This document shows, in pieces, positions 39,220 to 51,942 of a stretch of DNA of 64,000 bases (position 1 is the first letter of the stretch; each line of letters starts with the position of its first letter). Location of the stretch: the NCBI GenBank assembly GCA_043228905.1, contig JBHGNT010000007.1, forward strand, positions 7,564,001 through 7,628,000, given 5' to 3'. The DNA comes from Azolla caroliniana (taxonomy: Eukaryota; Plantae; Polypodiophyta). The notes below the pieces were generated by a model, which saw only the letters and a program-made list of their open reading frames with translations, was not told the origin of the DNA and searched no databases. The position numbers were made by a program, and so were the translations under genes.

Positions 39220-42200
39220 AACTAAAATACCTCTCATCTATCTTACTAAAGTGAGGCATTCCGAGAATTGAACTTGGGACCTCTTGCACCCAAAGCGAGA
39301 ATCATGCCACTAGACCAAATGCCCTTTGTGCCCTTGTCCTTGTCGAAATTCTTCAACTAGCCACATTTTGACAACCGAACTCAAATACGTCCGGTTGATC
39401 GATCTTAGTAAAGTGGGCCATTCCGAGAATCGAACTCACAACCACCGAAAGTGAGAATCATGCCACTAGGCCAAATGCCCTTTGCGCCTTGGTCCTTGTC
39501 GAAATTCGTTAGCTAGCCACATTTCGACAACCGAACCCAAATACCTCTCATAGATCTTAGTAAAGTAGGGCATACTGCAAATCGAGCTCGGGACCTCTTG
39601 CACCCAAATCGAGAATCATGCCACTAGACCAAATGCCCTCAGCTAGCCACATTTCGACAACCGAACCCAAATACGTCTCGTCGATCTTAGTAAAGTAGAG
39701 CATACTACCGCAAATCGAGCTCGGGACCTCTCGCACCCAAAGTGAGAATCTTGCCACTAGACCAACTACCCCCAACTAGGCACATTTCGACAACCGAACT
39801 CGAATACGTCTCGTCGATCTCAGTAAAGTGGGGCATACCGCGAATCGAACTCGGGACCTCTCGCACCCAAAGCGAGAATCATGCCCCCAACTAGCCACAT
39901 TTCGACAACCGAACTCGAATACGTCTCGTCGATCTCAGTAAAGTGGGGCATACCGCGAATCGAACTCGGGACCTCTCGCACCCAAAGCGAGAATCATGCC
40001 CCCAACTAGCCACATTTCGACAACCGAACTCGAATACGTCTCGTCGATCTCAGTAAAGTGGGGCATACCGCGAATCGAACTCGGAACCTCTCGCACCCAA
40101 AGCGAGAATCATGCGACTAGACCAAATGCCCCCAACTAGCCACATTTCGACAACCGAACTCGAATACGTCTCATCGATCTCAGTAAAGTGGGGCATTCCG
40201 CGAATCGAACTCGGAACCTCTCGCACCCAAAGCGAGAATCATGCGACTAGACCAAATGCCCCCAACTAGCCACATTTCGACAACCGAACTCGAATACGTC
40301 TCGTCGATCTCAGTAAAGTGGGGCATTCCGCGAATCGAACTCGGAACCTCTCGCACCCAAAGAGAGAATCATGCGACTAGACCAAATGCCCCCAACTAGC
40401 CACATTTCGACAACCGAACTCGAATACGTCTCGTCGATCTCAGTAAAGTGGGGCATACCGCGAATCGAACTCGGAACCTCTCGCACCCAAAGAGAGAATC
40501 ATGCGACTAGACCAAATGCCCCCACTAGCCACATTTCGACAACCGAACTCGAATACGTCTCGTCGATCTCAGTAAAGTAGGGCATACCGCGAATCGAACT
40601 CGGAACCTCTCGCACCCAAAGAGAGAATCATGCGACTAGACCAAATGCCCCCAACTAGCCACATTTCGACAACCGAACTCAAATACGTCTCGTCGATCTT
40701 AGTATCCGGACCTCTCGCACCCAAAGCGAGAATCATGCCACTAGACCAACTGCCCCCAACTAACCACATTTCGACAACCGAACTCAAATACATCTCGTCC
40801 ATCTTAGTAAAGTGGGGCATTGCGCGAATCAAACTCGGAACCTCTCGCACCCAAAGAGAGAATCATGCCACTAGACCAAGTGCCCTTTGCCTTGTCAAAA
40901 GCCACAATTAATTTCAACAACCGAACTCAAATACCTCTCGTCGATCTTAGTAAAGTGGGGCATTCCGTGAATCGAACTCAGGACCTCTCGCACCCAAAGC
41001 GAGAATCAATCCACTACACCAAATGCCCTTTGCACCTTTTTCCTTGTCGAAAGTCGTCAGCTAGCCACATTTCATTTCGACAACCGAACTCAAATACCTC
41101 TAGTCGATCTTAGTAAAGTGGGGCATTCCAAGATACCAACTCGGAACCTCTCGCACCCAAAGCGAGAATCATGCCACTAGAACAAATGCCCTTTGCACCT
41201 TTGTCCTTGTCAAAATTCAACAACTAGCCACATTTTGACAACCAAACTAAAATACCTCTCGCTGATCTTAGTAAAGTTGGGCATTCCGAGAATCGAACTC
41301 AGGACCTCTCATACCCAAAACGACAATCATGCCACTAGCAACCAAATGTGCCCTTTGTGCCCTTGTCCTTGTCGAAATTCGTCAGCTAGCCATATTTTGA
41401 CAATCAATGTTAGTAAAGTCGGGCATTCGGAGAATCGAACTCGGAACCTCTCGCACCCAAAGCGAGAATCATGCCACTAGACCAAATGTCCTTTGTGCTT
41501 TTTCCTTGGAATCGAAATTCGTCTGGTAGCTACATATTGACAACCGAACTCAAATACCTTTCATCGAGGTTAGTAAAATGGGGCATTCTGAGAATCGTAC
41601 TTAGGACATGTCGCACCCAAAGTGAGAATGATGCCACTAGACCAAATGCACTTTGAGCCTTTGTTCTTATCAAAATTCGTTAGCTAGCCACATTTTGACA
41701 ACCGAAGTCAAAGACCTCTCGTTGAGGTTTGTAATGTGCGGCATTCCAAGATTCAAATTCCGTACCTCTCACACCCAAAGCGAGAATCATGCCCTTTGCA
41801 CCTTTGCCCTTGTCGAAATTCGTAAGCTAGCCACATTTTGATAACCGAACTCAAAGACCTCTCGTCGAGGTTAGTAAAGTGGGGCATTCCGAGAATAGAA
41901 CTGGGAACCTCTTGCACCCAAAGCAAGAATCATGCCACTAGACCAAATGTCCTTGTCAATGCCTTTGACGCCCTTTCCTTGTTGAAATTCGTCACCACAC
42001 TTGGACAACCGAAGTCAAAGACTCCAACGATGTTAGTAAAATGGGGCATTCCGAGAATCGAACTCGGGACCTCTCGCACCCAAATCGAGAATCATGCCAC
42101 TAGACTCAAAGACCCCATCGATGTTAGTAAAATGGGGCATTCCGAGAATCGAACTCGGGACCTCTCGCACCCAAAGCGAGAATCATGCCACTAGACCAAA

Positions 42201-42420
42201 TGCCCTTGTCAACACTATAACCAAACCCAAGTACGTCTCATCAAGAAAGGTTTTGTAAAATGGGCATTCCGAGAATTGAACCTAGAGCTCTCACCCCCAA
42301 AGCGAGAATCATGCCACTAACCAAATGCCCTTGTCAAGGCTATAACTATGACACCGTTATCATTGTTGAAATTCATAAGCTAGCCATATTTTTACAACTG
42401 AACTCAAAGGTCTCTCATTG
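39220..42420 (-). repeat. tRNA-Pro(UGG) tandem array, right block (~23 units)
   Basis: Same unit; includes a homogeneous 115-130 bp run at ~39770-40700. Confidence 0.95.
42134..42205 (-). tRNA. tRNA-Pro(UGG), best candidate functional gene
   Basis: Perfect cloverleaf, CAA immediately upstream, TTTT terminator immediately downstream (42129-42132). Confidence 0.85.
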
Positions 42421-43071
42421 TAGTCTTATTTGAGATATGTAAAAAAATAAAACACCAAATTAAGTCATTGGCATTAAAAGATTGATGAAATTTTGATATA
42501 TTGTAATGGTACACTTTATTAGCAATTGATGCATTAGATCTAACTAGCATGTCTACATAATGCTTACATCTTGCCCATATGATGGTATAAACTCAAACAA
42601 AGTTACATTTCATAATGTTGTCACAGTGCTTTGGCTGAGTTGGTTTCCCTTTTATCATTGTACTTTATGCAGAGTTTGTTACTTGAGCACCATTACAAAT
42701 ATGAAAAGATGATCGGAACTTTGACAAATTTGTACAACATAATATACAACTAGGCCAAAACAAATTTTGGTCTAGTGGGCTCCGGAGGGTCATCTAAAAG
42801 CTCACTACTCTTCTCTTCCACTCTCATACATCACCAAGTTGATTGGGATTGCTATCAAATCAAAATGTTTGCAAAACAAGGAGATTCTTGGGATGTTTAT
42901 CTTCTTCATAGCTTGAAATGCTCAAATTTCTCAGCAGTTAAGATGAGAAAAAACAAACAAACACAAGAAGATTCGTTTGGTTGAAGGATAAAATAGCAGT
43001 TATTATTAGCTGAAATTTCCCAACAACCATCCAGATCATTTTTTTGGCACGAGACAAACATCACATTAATA

Positions 43072-46000
43072 TTATGTGTCTTTCCAAACATGGCAATCTT
43101 CTGAGCTGCTACTCGTTTGTTGTTGGATAGGAAGACCTTGGTTCATCTGAAGAACTTGGGCTGTTGAAAGAATCTTGATAGCCCGTACGCAACTAATAAA
43201 TTCACTGTTTCATGGAAAGGTGGAACAAAAGACAAAGAAAATTTAGTTTAATGTTTTCTCTTGCATCACAACATGATACTCTTTGCAGTAGTATTGAACA
43301 AACTCAAAAGCATTGGACTCAATTTATAGCACTCTATATAGTATATATGTACAGTTCTGTTTACATATCCTCAAGTAAAAGCAGACATTATATTTTATTA
43401 GGGACGTAATTCTCGGAGTATGCTCAAATATTCACATTTCAGAAGAATAGCCTTGTCTTAACCAATCTAATCCTCAACTAAAAAAGATCCTATCAACTGC
43501 AATGTCTACACATTAAATATCGTGACGTTAACTCTTTCTATCAATGATTCTTGCAACAAAATGTGCATTATATTGTCATGCATTCCATACTAAACATGTA
43601 TGAATTTGTATATTCGTATATTTCATGAGATGTGTAAGCATGGGATAACTGTATGGATAGCTGACCATGTACATCCATTAACAACATACTAAAGGATCAT
43701 GCATTCTCGAGACTGATACTTACTCCCAAGGATCATCCCCAACAAGTAGAATATCTCCAACATTGTCCACAAACACCAATTTCCAGTATGATCTTTGAGG
43801 ATCCTCTAGTTGCCCTTCTATATTAAACATTCGCGCAAGTTCTTGCCGCAGCATATCATAGCTTTTCAATCTAGAAAGATCAACCGACCTTCCAACAGAA
43901 CCTGATTTATGAACCTACAAATACCATGCATAAACTTTACATTAGACGTGGATACTGGGTATTTGCCAGAATGCCCAGCCGTAATACAAAAATTTACCAC
44001 GACATAAGTGTATTCCGGTAGTTTTTAAAAACTTAGGGGTATTCTGATAGATCCACAAGAAGTTAGGTTGGGGGTCCTTTTTGGTGTATTTTTCCTAACA
44101 AATACCTTTGTGAAAGTTCGGGCAGCTGGACATGGTACTTGTGACCAATTATTACTGGAGGTTCTTTGCAAAACTACCTCGTCAAACGCTCCACTTGACA
44201 TGATCTCAGGATTACCACACACCTCATCCGGCGTTGTGGCTGTAATCAATCCATTCGGTGATGAAAATGGCCCCATGATTGCTTCATTTAGTCCCTGGGG
44301 CTGCAGCTCTTTATTTGTGGTGTCAAACCTTGTCTGAAGAGATGAACTTATAGGAGGTAGAACCGAAGGATTATCTGTTATCCCAAAAACCCAACAAACA
44401 CTGTTAGTACTCAGTCAAAGTCTACTTAAATTCCCCTAAATTTTCACATAAACATATGCTTTATTCTATTGCACATATAAATACCCCTTTTATACGGTTC
44501 CTTTTTATACAGTTTTCTACTGAAAAGATGCCTTCTATTGAAGTCGTGTGAAAGAGTTTCATATTTCATAGTAAACCCCTCGTGTTGGCAAAAGGAAATT
44601 GGAAACTGATGGCCATAATTCAATTGCAAAGGGAAGTTGTGTTCGTCCTATGAAAGGAGGCACGCCCATCTCATTTGTATTCCATATATCAAATATCTTA
44701 TCTGGAGGGTTTTGCTCTTCTCATTTGTCTCATATTCATTTCTCTTCCTCATCCCCCATTATTCAAGTCCCCCTTAAAACCCCCTAATTCTAAGGCTATG
44801 ATGGTCCATATTGCCAACAAAACATAAACTGGTGTCAAATTAAGTCAACTGACCTAAAGTCTCGACTGGAAGCGAATATGACCGTGACACGGGGGCAGAA
44901 GGCAGCATATCAGAATGTGATATTTGAATATTTGATCCTATTGGTGATTCACATTGAGTCATCTCTCTGGGAAGAGAGAACCAATTTGCCGATAGCGATG
45001 TCTCGATTTGGAGTTCTTGTGACGTATGATGCAGCTGTGATAATTGTTGTGGCTGTGGCTGTGGCTGTAGCTGTTTCTGTTTATGTGCTGTAGCATGGTG
45101 GTGTTGGATAACATTCTGATGTTGCTGCTGATGTGGCAGTTGAACCATGCTTTGATTTGTTCGTAGAATATTCGACAATTGTCCATTATCATTTGAACCA
45201 AAGCTCCCACCAGGCGTTTGTCCATGGGATCCCTGAACTGAAAAGCTCACATCTGCCTCTGAAACTCCAGTTGTAAATTGCTTAACAGCACCCACATGGA
45301 TAGATGGTTGAGCACGACTAGACAACATCTGTGACACACTTAAAGGTATCTCGTTCATGTGTGTGGTTGGTTGTTGTATAAGGGGAAAAGATTGATTTGT
45401 GTGTGGTACAGATTGGTTTGTATGTGGTGTGGATTGATTTATATGTGATACTGACTGATTTGTATGTGGCGCAGACTGATTCATATGTGGCACAGGTTGA
45501 TTTGGATGTGATACATGCTGATTTGAATGTGATACAGACTGATTTGAAAGTGATGCAGGCTGATTTGAATGTGATACAGGCTGATTTGAATGGGATACAG
45601 GCTGATTTGGATGTGACATTACGGATCTTTGTAAGATCTGTGGTAAAATCTGCTGTGTATATGAGGCTGCTTGTGCTTGCCCTGAATGATGCAGTTGCTT
45701 TTGTAACACAGTTTGTACCTGCTGTTGCTGCTGGAGTTCTGGAGTGTACAGGTGTTGAGTTGACGGTAGATGTAAAGACATTCGGGATTGTGCCAAGGAA
45801 GTTGGTTGTGTATGTGGTAATTGTGACTCAACTCGACTTGTCGGTAAAGATGGTTGTGAAACCAGTGATGGTAACTGTGGTTGGTTATGGATTTGATGAT
45901 TTTGAAAAACCTGATGACCATTATTAGTATGTGACCATATAACCTGGGATTGTTGGTTCACTTCTTGCTGGTTAAGTGATTGTTGTCTCTGTTGTAGAGA

Positions 46001-49000
46001 CCTCAATTGCCCTGGTAAATTTAATGCCTTTGGAACATCTGTCGTTCTGAAATCCTGAAGAGCAGCTGTTGCAAATGTATCATACATGTCTGATCTGTCT
46101 GGATCTGGCCTTTGTTGAAATTGAATCCATGAGGATCCACCTGCAGTCAGACCTTGGACTATTGATCCATTCTCCCCTCTAAGCCATGTCTGCATCCCTT
46201 TCATGCTTCCATCGATGTCACTCTCATCTCCTGAGAATCAAATGGAATTACATAATTATCTTGTAATTCTTATTAAATCTAGCTTGTCAGACCTTATTTT
46301 TAAGTTTTTTCAGCTGAAAATACTGTGAGAAGCTTAACTACCAGACCATTATGCAGTGGGCGTTTTGGTCTCAATGCAAAATGAGGAGGGCAAATGAGAA
46401 TTGGTGTAGATACAGGCTCAATTTCCCAAAGAGATACTCGACGAGGCCTTTCACTGGCACTTGATTCATCCCATCCAACCTGACAGCCAGCCATATAAAC
46501 CATTTCAGCCTTTGAAAACCAGTTAAAACCAAGGATTTCCTTTATACACATATTTGAGACTTTCAATGTGCCACTTCTTCTAGATTCGTGAGATCACCTT
46601 GTTGAAATTCTAAAATTCAAATACTCAAAAACATGACAATGTTGTGATAAAGCTTCTGCTTCACAACATTAAAGTTGTGAGTTCAAGTCTTGAGAGATGG
46701 GTTTGAAAAAACTTTGATGTTCCATTCATTATAACAATTATTCATAACTTTATTTTGACATCAAGAACACTAATGGGTAGCCCCTAAAAAATGACTATAC
46801 ATCGTTGGCATTAACATTTTCCCACAATGTGGAAGGAAATCATAGCATTGCCCTTTAAAACACAAAGCTTCATAAAACACGTTTACAAAAATTGTCACAC
46901 ATGTAGTCATCAAACATGTTTCCAGACAGGCTAAATAACTACCCTTGCCTTAGAGCAATACAACATACCTCAACACTGCGCCATTTTGATCCTGGCCAGC
47001 GGTTTGGATTTAAATCCCCAATTCCCGTTACAGTTCCCATATACCTAAGTTGGTCAAATATATGAATAAAAAAGGGCTAAGCCAAAAATCTGAATGGAGT
47101 AGCAAAGTGGGAAGAGAAACATGGTCATAGGTAGTAGGACACCTCCTTAATGTGGATTCCTCTGTTTCAAACACCATTCGGAATCGCATGCCCACAGACA
47201 CTTGGGTAAAATGCACTGATTTCCTATATTTTGATAGTGGGATAACAAACTCCGATGGGCTTGTCCTGAACAACAACAGAATTATGTAAGTTTTGGTTCA
47301 CTTGCATTTAGCAGAGAAAGATCGCAGTAAGTATACTAGGAATTGGAAAAAAGTAAAACAAGATTTTGGTTCACGTCAATTAAGTTTAGTAACCCCACAT
47401 TAAAACCACCATTAACTATTCAACCATAGAATGGACAAACCTTGGATTGTAGAAAACTTGGAATCTGCTGCTTGTGGCTGCAGCATGAGCTGCAGCTGCA
47501 AGGACTCCTATATGCATGCTGTCACTGGAAAGCACTGAAGAAGGCATCACAGATTGTTGCCGGCTTGTAGCTCGTCTAATTCCGAGGAGGAGTTGCCCTT
47601 TATCGTCTCTATATACACAAAACTTCTGAGATGTGAATAAGACAGATCAACCACCAAAAGTACATTCATATTTAATGACATCTTTAAGCACACAATAAGT
47701 TGGTTACCCTAAACCCTAAAACCTCCCTAATGCACAGTTTTTAGTCACAAAAAGCATATTCAACAAAGGACCTCTCTAATACACACAATATTTTAAGAGA
47801 TGAATAAGCCAGATCAAATCACCAAAAACATGTTTATATCTAAGGCCATTTCTTATGCACACAATGTTTGTATCCAAGGCCATCTCCAAATCCCACAATG
47901 TGTTAAGAGATAAATAAGTCACTTCAAACCACCAAAAGCATATTCATATCTTAGGTCATTTCTAATGCACACAACATTTTTAAGAGATGCATAAGGGGCT
48001 CCAAATCATCAAAAGAAATATTCATCAGTCAAAGAAACCACCCCTTCCCCCCCAAAAAAAAAACGTATTCATGAATCATAGAACCCAGTTCGCATTAAAG
48101 AAAGAAAAAAGAAAAAATGTATTTTCTACATCATAGAATGTGGCATATTACCTGATAAACATGACAGAATCACGCGCTATCAGACGTTTTGCGCTAACAA
48201 AGACACTCCATCCTGTAGTAAGGAGGTGCCTTTTTGGTTGACCTGCCTAATTCAGTTTGGTTAACACTCATGACATAGGGCAGAGATTTCCTTAAAAAAG
48301 GGAAAATACACACCTCTATAAATATGTCGAAAAGTCCACACATTATCATGTAAGTCCCTGGCCCGAAGCTCTTGAGCTGGAGGTTGTTTGTTAAAATCCT
48401 GTAAGGCACAAACAAAAGGCATCTTATATATATATATATATGATGATTATAGAATAACAAGATTGCAAGTGCAAGGAACTAATATTTACCAGAATATGGT
48501 TACTAAACTAAGTAGTATTTTGATCATTTCTACAAAAAGGGGTATATATTCTCGTAATTTTTCAAAGCGAGGATTATCCTAACCAACATGCAACGGGTAT
48601 GTTGCATGTTTTTTTCCTTCTTGATTTTAAGGTACGTACGAGAGTAGGAAAGATTTTCTCAGCAGCTCGCCTTGGGACCGAGAAACCTCCATGTGTGCTT
48701 GTGTCACTTGCAGTTAAGGTTTTACAGAAGAAATCGGTTGGTTGTCGGTTTGGAGTGCCAATATCTGGGGCCATTAATAGATCTTTCTCTTGCTACAAAG
48801 TACCAAAGGAGAAGTGGTAAAATCAATGTGATTTAGTTAAAAACTTGAAAAAATATAAGCTATAAGATGAAATTAGTTTAGAAACTTGGAAGAAATTTTG
48901 AAATAAGACATAAAAATCCCACCTCAGTCACTGGCTGCAATGTCATTTGTGCAAATACCTCATCAGTCTCGAGATCAGCCTGAAGCAAATAAATCATTCC

Positions 49001-50152
49001 AAAACCTAGTAAGGTTGTGTTATCATGGACGATGAAACAAAAATGCAGCGTGGTCATGGCATACATGTGTGTTATGCACTATTTTGTTACAAAACCAAGT
49101 GAATTTATGTTATCGTGAAGGAATTAGAAAATATGGCAGGCATGTGTTATGGGATTTCATTATAACACCCCATTTCATTCAGAAACCTAGTAAGGCTATA
49201 TTATCATTAACCATGTTCATGCAATACATACATATTGTACAAACTAATAATACACCATTTCCTGTACTACTGTTCTTACTGAATCTCTCTGGTATGTTCT
49301 TATTCGAGAAATTCAATGACTGAAGGAAGTAATCCAGACAAGAAAGTAGTCAGAGTGGCAAGGCAATAAAAAATAAGTCTTGTCATGAGCAATGACCCTA
49401 GATTAGAGTCATCCAAATCAACATTATAAGACAATAAGGAAATTAATATTTGTCCCGTAAGGCCATTCTTATCACATATTATACGGGAATATGGAATTAA
49501 GATTTGCCGAGAAAGAACACTCTTTTCAAAAGAAACAACAATGTAGAGAGAGTATACATGTAGTGCAATGTTATGGAGCTGACAAACAAGTTGTGATTGA
49601 ACATTCGGATAGTTTGGGATGTGACTGTCGACTTCTTTTAATGTTGATGCAGCCACCTGAGATGGAAAGCATGATATAAACGCAATTTTTAACTCCAAGG
49701 TGTGAAATAAAAATCCAATTCCCTAATAACAACTAACAACCTCTTGTAAAAACAATGCATAAACGCCAAAATAATAACAAAACATAAGAAAAAGGAAAAA
49801 ATCACTAACTTGTTCACTGTGACCCTGAGGAAAGTAAACTACGAGGCTTCCGACAGAAGGCAAATTAACACATGGTCCAGCACATGCGTGCCACAGCTCT
49901 GAATTTACACTTGTCCTCTCACCTAACAAAATAAAAACAGTTCATATTAGGAGATTCAGCTCCAATCACAAGAAAACCACAATATGAACGACTTAAAATA
50001 CTTAACTACAAGATAGTATGTGGAGATTTACACGCAGATGAGCTTATTAAATGCTTCTAACAAGTAGAAATGCACTGAAAATAGTGCATTTCAGTTCATG
50101 GGCATGTATGCATATACATCCACATAATACATCATACATACATGCATATGCC

Positions 50153-50191
<39 letters not shown>

Positions 50192-50854
50192 ATGATGTAT
50201 TTTGTGTATGTGTATGTATGTAGGATCTATTATGCATATGCATATGTGTATTTGTATTTGTATTTGTATTTGTATGTGTATGTGTATGATCAATTATGTG
50301 CATGTGTATGTATAACTATTAAAGATTCCGGCCTTGATGATAGATGGAGATCTTTGAGCTCCTCGATCAGATATGATTAGTTGCTAACTCTAGGTAAACA
50401 AGGGTAACATCGATTGATGTTTCCTCCTTATAGACTCGATCACAAGGCTCTTTTAAGAGCTTACTTCATTCAATTGTGGAACTGATTTGGGCAAATACAC
50501 GTGTTTGTTACTTAATCATCCAGTTGATAATGAGGCCCTTCGAAGGCCTATGGCCTTGAATTACATGTATAGAAGTGATTAGGTCAAATTCGGCAGTTCA
50601 TTAACAATCTTTATGATATATGTATGTACCACAGATGTTATCACAATAAGTATCTTTCCGTGAACAATTCACATGAAGTTTTAAACGTTATTGTTCACAT
50701 TTTATTGTTAGTTTGTCCATATAGTCATTTTGAGAGAGAGTTGAGGCTGTGATATTAGGGTTTCATTTGAGTTAAAGCATTCTCATCCAATAAAAGATCG
50801 AGAAAGAGGGTATAGCTCAAGAAAATAAAAATGAAGAGATAAAATACCTTCCAT
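43072..50854 (-). CDS. ARF: Class A (activator, Q-rich) auxin response factor with B3, ARF and PB1 domains
   Basis: GT-AG exons encode [17 protein letters not shown] (49922-49810), [82 protein letters not shown], a Q-rich middle region (44854-46230), [14 protein letters not shown] and [10 protein letters not shown]. Stop TAA at 43072. Middle-region exon boundaries are less certain. Confidence 0.93.
45355..45618 (-). repeat. Coding 21-bp tandem repeat (x11-13) in ARF middle region
   Basis: Encodes [21 protein letters not shown]-type heptads. Confidence 0.9.
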
Positions 50855-51729
50855 GGTGACTTTGCAAGTGGAGAAACAGAAGAAGAGCTTATGATCATGG
50901 GCATTTCAGATATCTATAGAAAAGAGAGAGATTGATCGAGGTTTGTTTCTTCATATTTTTCTCTTCACCTTCATCTCCACAACTAATACATTTGATAATA
51001 TTTCTGGGCTGGGATAATTGGTACTATTCTTGAAAATGCTTGAAATCTTTCTAATTATTCCTGATTTTCTTTGTTTTTCTTTGTTTATTTCTGGAACTAG
51101 AAAATTCTCAGAGAGTATATTAACCTTCTTAATGCAAAGCAAAACCATGTAAGCTCTGCAAAAAATTAGGCAAAGGGAACAAGCCCAAACAAGAGAAATG
51201 ATTGGGTTAGAGAAGCTCTGAATGCCAGAGATAATGGACTAAATCTAAAGATTTCAAGCTCAAGAAAAAAGAAGAAGGAAGGAGGTTTGAATGACTATGG
51301 CTATGGAGAAAAGCTTCCTTGCAGAATCTAGCAGCATGAAAAGAAGGGGAAGGGGTGGAGAGAAAAAGCATATCATATCAGTTTTGTCTTAAATTTGTTC
51401 CTTTTTCTCTTTTTTATCTCTTGATGTACAAATGTTTTTAACAAATTGTAGCAGGAAAAAGAGGAAAGGAGAAAGATGGAAGTGTGAAACAGCAAAATTT
51501 AGAATTTGGAAGGAATTGCAGAAGAAAAAGGGAAAGGTAAGAGGAGGATATTTGTGTACATATTAGTTAGTAGTAGTCTTATTTGGTGTTTCATGGAGTG
51601 GGACCTCTTCCATGTCAACAATGGGAACACGGTCGAGTGGTCGGGATATTGGCCCTCCGGCCGACCGTATGGTCAAGATTAATGTACATACATGATCTAA
51701 TCATAATAAAGGCCATGATCTCTAGCCAA

Positions 51730-51899
51730 GGTATCTGTATCCGTATGTGTATTTGTATTTGTATCTGTATCTGTATTTGTATCTGTATTTGTATTTGTAT
51801 GTGTATGTGTATCATGTGTTTATGTGTATGTGTGTCATGTGTATGTGTATGTGCATCATGTGTTATGTGTATGTGTATGTGCATCATGAGTTATGTTTA

Positions 51900-51942
<43 letters not shown>

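Noticed and set aside
32054-42194. Numerous short ORFs (KWGIPRIELGTSRTQSENHATRPNAL) in the array
   Set aside because: These are antisense translations of the tRNA repeat.
31980-42420. CRISPR-like repeat-spacer array
   Set aside because: The repeat is a tRNA, the spacers are homologous to each other rather than unique, there are no cas genes, and the context is eukaryotic.
43775-43800. miR167 target site in the ARF PB1 exon
   Set aside because: AGATCATACTGGAAATTGGT has too many mismatches to the ARF6/8-type site.
15064-50854. TIFY8-ARF proximity as a hormone gene cluster
   Set aside because: They are 25 kb apart with unrelated sequence between, and there is no evidence of co-regulation.
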